Source: Acidobacteriota bacterium (lineage in GTDB: Bacteria > Acidobacteriota > Polarisedimenticolia > Gp22-AA2). From it: 58,912 nucleotides of DNA. A program made the position numbers and the translations under genes. The notes under the pieces are model-generated. The model ran no database searches. It was not told the DNA's origin and saw nothing but the letters and a program-made list of their open reading frames with translations. Positions within the stretch are counted from its first letter, which is position 1. Every line of letters starts with the position of its first letter. Shown piece after piece: positions 53,703 to 58,912 of the stretch. Where the stretch lies: the NCBI GenBank assembly GCA_041486695.1, contig JBGPLZ010000001.1:1-58912 (forward strand), in the 5' to 3' direction.

Positions 53703-53726
53703 GCCTGTCCGGCGTTCCGGACGGGG
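53703..53726 (-). terminator. Hairpin right after the DUF4388/J-like gene (possible terminator)
   Basis: CCTGTCCGG-CGTT-CCGGACGGG inverted repeat; no U-tract. Confidence 0.35.
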
Positions 53727-53727
53727 C

Positions 53728-55260
53728 CTAATCTTTGGCCTGAGGGAGATCTTTGAGGGCCTCGAGGGCTTGCGCGTGTGACGGGAGAAGTTCGACAGCC
53801 TTCTCATACTGCTTTCTTGCCTTGGCGATCAGACCGTGTGAGCGGTAGAAGTCACCCAGCGCGACGGCATGTCCCGGGCTGAATGGTTCGAGTTCGGCGG
53901 CGCGGACCAGCGCACCTTCGGCCCGCTTCTGCCAGCGGTAGTCGGGGTTCCGCGAAAGCGCCTGGCCGAGCAGGCTGTAAACTCCGGCGATCTTATCGCT
54001 GTGGCTGGAAGCGAACTCGCAGTACCTGATGCAGTTGAAGTAATCGCCGATCTTCCAGTAGTCGCGGGCCTTGGCCAGAAACTGCTCCGCAAGCCGCGTA
54101 TGTTCTTCTTCGTCCGACTGCCTGGCCGTCTTCGAGAGCTCCTTCCGCAACGCCAGCTGCTCGAGGTTCAGATTGACCATCCGATCGCCGCCGCTCCCGG
54201 TGGGGCGGGCCGCTCCCAGCTTCTCCGCGCCCACGGCCACATAGGCCTCGACGAGCCGGGCCTCGATGATCTGCAGCTCCTCGCGCAGGTCGGCCTGGAC
54301 CTTTTTCAGGAACCGGGACGGCGCGAAACGCTCTTTCAGCCCCTGATAGGAGGCCTTGATCTGGTCGGGCGTGGCCTCGTTGCCGATACCCAGCACCTCG
54401 GCAGGGGTCCCATCGCGAGCCTTCCTGTAGAAATCGCGGATCTCCGAGCTCTCACGCTCCTCGCGCCGACGTTTTTCCTCTTCACCCCGCAGGAGGTCGG
54501 CGCAGCTCAAGGGCCCTGATGCGACCGGAGGCACGAACTGGACCAGGCCGAGGATCAGGAGACCGAAGACGAACCTGGCTGCGGGCTCCTCCTCGGCCGG
54601 AGGAACCTGGCTCATTATGTCGCGCACCCTGGCCTGACCGTCGATCCGTGACACGAGGAATCCCTCGACGGGGGTCAGGCTGAGCTGATCGAAGGGGAGG
54701 TAGAGCTGCTCCGAAAGCCGCAACGCTCGATCCTGGCGCTGCAGCACCTCCCGGATCGGCTCGAATCCGGCCATCGACCGAAGGGCACGGATGATTAATT
54801 CGAAGCTGACCACGACATTCGTCGTTGCCGGCCCCGTCGAGGCGGGGCCTTCCTCGAAGCGGTACTCGAGAGACTCCCAGCGGAACACGCCGGTGAGCAC
54901 CTGCTGCGCCAGTTCACGCCCCGCCTTCCCAAGTTCCTCCCCCGAAAGCCGTCCGCTTTGCACGAGGACCTCGGAACACTGCTCGTCGTCCAGCCCTTTG
55001 AGGGTCTCCGCCTGTTCCGCCCGCAGCACACCTCGTTGGACGAGGAAGGGCACCAGCTTCTCATCGTCCAGAGACGAGGTAACGCCGAGGATCATGCCCC
55101 GGTCCAGCCGGACTCTCTTCTCCACCCCGCTCCGTCCGAGGATGAGAGTGCCGTTGCGCTCGTCGAGATAGAGGTCGCGGATCAGCTCGGCGAGCGCGGG
55201 CGGAGAGCAGAAGCCCCGGAGAACCGGAGAGGGCGTCGATGCAGCGGCTTCCGAGGACAC
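53728..55260 (-). CDS. DUF4388 + degenerate J-domain + TPR protein
   Basis: LAELIRDL...RNGTLIL...VFRWE..YRFEE (DUF4388-like); EVLGI...ATPDQIKASY..L..RFAPSRF (J-like, no HPD); C-terminal TPRs. Confidence 0.75.
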   Translation of the reverse strand: MSSEAAASTPSPVLRGFCSPPALAELIRDLYLDERNGTLILGRSGVEKRVRLDRGMILGVTSSLDDEKLVPFLVQRGVLRAEQAETLKGLDDEQCSEVLVQSGRLSGEELGKAGRELAQQVLTGVFRWESLEYRFEEGPASTGPATTNVVVSFELIIRALRSMAGFEPIREVLQRQDRALRLSEQLYLPFDQLSLTPVEGFLVSRIDGQARVRDIMSQVPPAEEEPAARFVFGLLILGLVQFVPPVASGPLSCADLLRGEEEKRRREERESSEIRDFYRKARDGTPAEVLGIGNEATPDQIKASYQGLKERFAPSRFLKKVQADLREELQIIEARLVEAYVAVGAEKLGAARPTGSGGDRMVNLNLEQLALRKELSKTARQSDEEEHTRLAEQFLAKARDYWKIGDYFNCIRYCEFASSHSDKIAGVYSLLGQALSRNPDYRWQKRAEGALVRAAELEPFSPGHAVALGDFYRSHGLIAKARKQYEKAVELLPSHAQALEALKDLPQAKD

Positions 55261-55320
55261 AAGCGGCTCCTTGGGGTCACCAGAACCCCCATCGCAACAT
55301 AAGCTTGGGTTCCGCAGGCG

Positions 55321-56532
55321 TCAAGCCGCGGACACGCCGGCCGAGGCCGTCGCCCCGCCCGGGACCGACTCGCCGTCGGACGCTCGCAGAGGCAGGGCCA
55401 CAAAGACCGTGGTGCCTTGCCCCGCCCGACTCTTCACCCAGATCCGGCCTCGGTGCGATTGGACGGCGAGCTTGCAGAAGGTCAGGCCCAGCCCCGAGTC
55501 GTACATCCTCCGGCGACCGGACATCGAGTCTCCCGCAACGAATTTTTCGAAAATGAAGGGCAGCAGATCTTCGGGGATGCCCTCTCCCGTGTCCTCCACC
55601 GTAAGGACGAGGTCGTCCCCATCCTGTCGTGCATCCACCACGACCTGACCATCGCTCGGAGTGTGCTTGAAAGCGTTATTCAAGAGGTTGGCAACGATCC
55701 GACCCACCAGCTCGCGATCAGCGCGCACCATCGGGAGATCCGTGCTGACCCGGTTTTCCAGCCGGATTCGGTCACGGGCGCTCAAACTCGTGAGGTCGGC
55801 GACGTTCTCCTGCACGACATCGTGCAGTGAAACCGGTTCGAGGTGGATCGGCATCTTCTGCTCCTCGAGCTTGCCGATGTCGAGGATGTTCAGGATCATG
55901 CGCATCAGCTGTCGTGAGCTCTCCTGCGTCCGAGACAGGAGCTCCTCCAGTCGTCCCTCGGTCATCTGCGGGCGCTGCAGTTGCATGAGCTGAATGTTGC
56001 CCATGATCCCTGCCAGCGGGTTCTTGAGATCATGAACGACCATCTGCGTCATCGATTCCTTGAACCCCTGCATGCGAACCAGCTCCTGGTTGCGTTCCTC
56101 CAGCTGGCGCTTGTGTCGCTCGACCTCATCCTGCAGCGACTTGACACGAAGCGTGGCGCGGACTTTTGCGAGCAGCTCGACCTTGTTGATCGGCTTGCTG
56201 AGAAAATCGTCGGCGCCGATCTCCAGAGCCTGCACCTTGTCTTCGAGAGCGTTCAAGGCGGTGACCATGATGATCGGCAGGAGCCGCGTCTCGTAGCGCC
56301 CTTTCAGGCGCTGGCAGACCTCGAACCCGCTCATCTTGGGCATCATGACGTCGAGGAGCACGAGGTCGGGTTTTTCCGAATCCACGAGGCGGAGCGCTTC
56401 CTCCCCGTCAAACGCCTTTGACACGACATAGCCGTTGCTGCGGAGAATCGACTCCATCAGGCGCACGTTGCGCTGATCGTCATCGACGACCAGGATCGGT
56501 GTCGGGCGCGGAACCTCAAGCTCGGGCATCAC
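55321..56532 (-). CDS. Cytoplasmic receiver-histidine kinase hybrid
   Basis: ILVVDDD, LLDVMMP, SKP receiver, then HDLKNPL, NLLNNAFKHT, DTGEGI, GLGLTFCK; start GTG 56532 or ATG 56529. Confidence 0.92.
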   Translation of the reverse strand: MMPELEVPRPTPILVVDDDQRNVRLMESILRSNGYVVSKAFDGEEALRLVDSEKPDLVLLDVMMPKMSGFEVCQRLKGRYETRLLPIIMVTALNALEDKVQALEIGADDFLSKPINKVELLAKVRATLRVKSLQDEVERHKRQLEERNQELVRMQGFKESMTQMVVHDLKNPLAGIMGNIQLMQLQRPQMTEGRLEELLSRTQESSRQLMRMILNILDIGKLEEQKMPIHLEPVSLHDVVQENVADLTSLSARDRIRLENRVSTDLPMVRADRELVGRIVANLLNNAFKHTPSDGQVVVDARQDGDDLVLTVEDTGEGIPEDLLPFIFEKFVAGDSMSGRRRMYDSGLGLTFCKLAVQSHRGRIWVKSRAGQGTTVFVALPLRASDGESVPGGATASAGVSAA

Positions 56533-56541
56533 GATCCTCCG

Positions 56542-58542
56542 TCATCCCCGCGCGGTGGCCAGAGTCCGGCCGCGCAGGTAGCTCGCGATCTGCCCCGGGA
56601 ACAAGGCGATGTCGATCGGCTTGGGAATGTAGCCGATGCAGCCCGCTTCGCGGGCGCGCTCCTCGTCCCCACGCATGGCGTGGGCGGTCAAGGCCACGAT
56701 TGGAATCCCCCGCCTTTCGGGATCCTCCCGGAGCAAACGCACCACCTGCAGCCCGTCCATGCCGGGCAGCTGGATGTCCATCAATATGAGGTCCGGATGA
56801 ACGAACTTCAAGGCGTCCAACGCTTCTTCGCCCGTGGCCGACTCGATGACCCGGTAACCGTGTCCCTTCAGGAGACCGGCGACGAGCCTCAGGTTGATGG
56901 GATTATCCTCGACGATCAGGATTAGGTCACCGGGGGGATCCGCACCGATCGAGTCTTCGGGAGACTCCGAAGCCGCGGGGCCTGGCTGCCGCGACGGCGC
57001 TTCCGCCGCCCCCGGGGGCTCGACCGCTTCGACCTCGACCAGGGGAAGAGCCGGGATGGTGAACCGGAAGGTACTCCCCTCTCCGAACACGCTCGTCAGC
57101 TCGACCCGCCCTCCATGCATCCCGACGAATTTCTTCACGAGCGTGAGGCCGAGCCCGGTTCCCTGATACTTCCGCGCGTAGGAGGCGTCGACCTGCGTGA
57201 AGGCCTGGAAAATGCGGTCCCGATCCTCGTCCTTGATGCCGATACCGGTGTCGCTGACCGCAATGGCGCAGCCGTTCTCCGCGCGGGTGGCGCGCAACAC
57301 CACCTTGCCCCCCTCCGGGGTGAATTTCACCGCGTTGCTCAAGAGGTTGTACATGATCTGCTTGAGCTTGCTACGGTCGGCGTGCATCTCGATCCCCTGG
57401 TCTTCAAGATCTGCGACCAGCTCGATGTGCTTCCGGCCTGCCTCCACGCGCAGCAACGCCACCGCTTCGTCGACCACCGGAGCGAGCTCGAACTCCTCGA
57501 GCGCCAGCTTCATCTTGCCAGCTTCGATCTTCGACAGATCGAGAATGTCGTTGATCAGCTCGAGCAAGTGCCGGCCGCTGCTGAGAATGTCGGAGACATG
57601 GTCTCGTTGCTCTTCCGTCAGCGTGCCGACGCTCCGATCCAGAAGAAGCTCGGAGAACCCGATGATCGCATTCAAGGGCGTTCGCAGCTCGTGGCTCATG
57701 TTCGCCAGGAACTCGCTCTTCAGGGAGTTCGCGCGCTGCAGCTCGCGATTCGACTCCTGCAGCTTCTGATTCACCACCTCCAGCTCCTGGGTGCGCTCCT
57801 TGACCTTGCGCTCCAGGTCGGCGTTCATCCGCTCGATATCCTCAAGATGCTCCTTCTTCTCCTCCAGCTTATCGATGTAGAGCTTGTAGGAGTAGTAGAT
57901 CAGGACGCAGAACGGCAGCGAAAGAACGAAGGAGTAGATGCCGAAGCGTTCGAGGAAGTAAGACATCCCCAGGGCAAGCGAGCCGCCCGCGAAAAATGAG
58001 GGGGCCGACCATAAGAAGTTCTCGTGCCATACCGCGAAGATCTTCTGATGGTTGGCGAACGCGACGACCCCCGAAATGCTGAAGGTGTTCACCAGGTAGA
58101 ACGTGAGCGTCGCCATCATGAGCGCGAACAAAGGGTTCTCCGCGATCGGACCCGGGCCCGCCCCGCCGAGCCCCGCATAAACGGCGCAGGTCGCCCACGT
58201 CGTCACCACAATCGAGCTGATGTTGAAGATCGCCCGGTGCAGCTCCATGCGCGGCGCCCGCAGAAAGCACAGGCTCGCGAAGCAGATCACGGCGATCAGC
58301 AGCGCCTGAGGCGTTCCGAGGAGGATCATGGTCGCCAGGATGAAGGGGTGGGCGATCGACATCTCGACCCGCATCCCGAGATGAACGGTGTGGGGCGCCA
58401 TGACCGCCCCGATCAGGGCGAGCATGAGCAGCTCGGTCGTGAGATGGAACGAGCCGGGGTGCAGGTTCAGAGCGAGGATGATCAGGGCGGCGACCCACGT
58501 CGCCACGACGTAGATCCTGGTCGACCGGTTGAGACTCTTCAT
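56542..58542 (-). CDS. Integral-membrane hybrid histidine kinase (multi-TM sensor, HisKA, HATPase, receiver)
   Basis: About 7 hydrophobic helices, KSEFLANMSHELRTPLNAIIGFS, NLLSNAVKFT, GTGLGL, receiver VEDN/MDIQLP/KP. Confidence 0.93.
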   Translation of the reverse strand: MKSLNRSTRIYVVATWVAALIILALNLHPGSFHLTTELLMLALIGAVMAPHTVHLGMRVEMSIAHPFILATMILLGTPQALLIAVICFASLCFLRAPRMELHRAIFNISSIVVTTWATCAVYAGLGGAGPGPIAENPLFALMMATLTFYLVNTFSISGVVAFANHQKIFAVWHENFLWSAPSFFAGGSLALGMSYFLERFGIYSFVLSLPFCVLIYYSYKLYIDKLEEKKEHLEDIERMNADLERKVKERTQELEVVNQKLQESNRELQRANSLKSEFLANMSHELRTPLNAIIGFSELLLDRSVGTLTEEQRDHVSDILSSGRHLLELINDILDLSKIEAGKMKLALEEFELAPVVDEAVALLRVEAGRKHIELVADLEDQGIEMHADRSKLKQIMYNLLSNAVKFTPEGGKVVLRATRAENGCAIAVSDTGIGIKDEDRDRIFQAFTQVDASYARKYQGTGLGLTLVKKFVGMHGGRVELTSVFGEGSTFRFTIPALPLVEVEAVEPPGAAEAPSRQPGPAASESPEDSIGADPPGDLILIVEDNPINLRLVAGLLKGHGYRVIESATGEEALDALKFVHPDLILMDIQLPGMDGLQVVRLLREDPERRGIPIVALTAHAMRGDEERAREAGCIGYIPKPIDIALFPGQIASYLRGRTLATARG

Positions 58543-58570
58543 TCGTTTCTCCGGTCCCGGCCGGACCGCC

Positions 58571-58912
58571 TCAATTCATCGATTCCCCGCGAGCGATCTC
58601 GTATCTCTTCAGCTTGCTGTACAGGCTGCTGCGATTGATGCCCAGGACTGAGGCCGCCAGCTTCTTGTTCCAGTTGCACTCCGCGAGCGTCTTAAGGATG
58701 TACAGTCGCTCGTTCTCGTGCAGGGACAACTTGACTTCGGCGCCCGCGATCGATCCATCTCTGAGGTTGGACGGCAAGTCGCTCAGATCGATCAGGTCCC
58801 CCTTCGCCAGGACGACGGTGCGCTCCACGACGTTTTCGAGCTCGCGGATGTTCCAGGCCACGAATAGCGGGTCATCGCCTCCATCGCCGCCGACGAGAAT
58901 CCCCTCATCGGC
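58571..58912 (-). CDS. Sigma-54-dependent activator (NtrC family), C-terminal part; 1-nt frameshift near 58851
   Basis: RGFSSAAMEAMTRYSWPG / NIRELENVVER (the WPGN.REL.N motif is split by one missing base) and Fis-type HTH WNKKLAASVLGINRSSLYSKLK; 5' end lies outside the window. Confidence 0.88.
   Translation of the reverse strand, partial: ADEGILVGGDGGDDPLFVAWNIRELENVVERTVVLAKGDLIDLSDLPSNLRDGSIAGAEVKLSLHENERLYILKTLAECNWNKKLAASVLGINRSSLYSKLKRYEIARGESMN

Overview
A high-GC, gene-dense core-chromosome segment of a diderm bacterium. The fused LptC/LptA protein, the DUF4388/TPR proteins and the HspR-dnaK operon suggest Acidobacteriota or a related lineage (inference only). Most genes are on the minus strand. 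From left to right: a truncated B12-dependent mutase with isobutyryl-CoA mutase signature residues and an acyl-CoA dehydrogenase; hpf-rpoN-lptB-lptC/A; crotonase, 3-hydroxybutyryl-CoA dehydrogenase and thiolase; a stand-alone DnaC/IstB-like ATPase, a sigma-70 factor and hspR-dnaJ-hsp20-dnaK (no grpE) under a HAIR-like operator; a DUF1844 / TPR-membrane-Zn-finger / DUF4388-MshEN module; mazG, accA, xerD, dtd, murJ, ssb; three tRNAs (Arg-CCT, Pro-CGG, Pro-GGG); an O-methyltransferase, ggt, apt, acylphosphatase, cysE-cysK, a PP2C phosphatase, rnd, dedA, pcm, surE; a yfiR-like gene with an in-frame amber plus a hybrid kinase; tdh-kbl; merR-ihfA; a permease-less PTS operon; a lone plus-strand gene homologous to archaeal-type (class II) GAPDH; the yceD-rpmF-plsX-fabHDG-acpP-fabF cluster; a DUF4388/J-like/TPR protein, two hybrid kinases and the 3' end of a sigma-54 activator. 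I found no CRISPR array, transposase, phage gene or rRNA. The best novelty candidates are the divergent archaeal-type GAPDH-like enzyme, the MshEN-containing envelope module, and the heat-shock operon extended with a sigma factor and a helicase-loader-like ATPase. Three single-base lesions (cysE, yfiR, sigma-54 activator) may be assembly errors.
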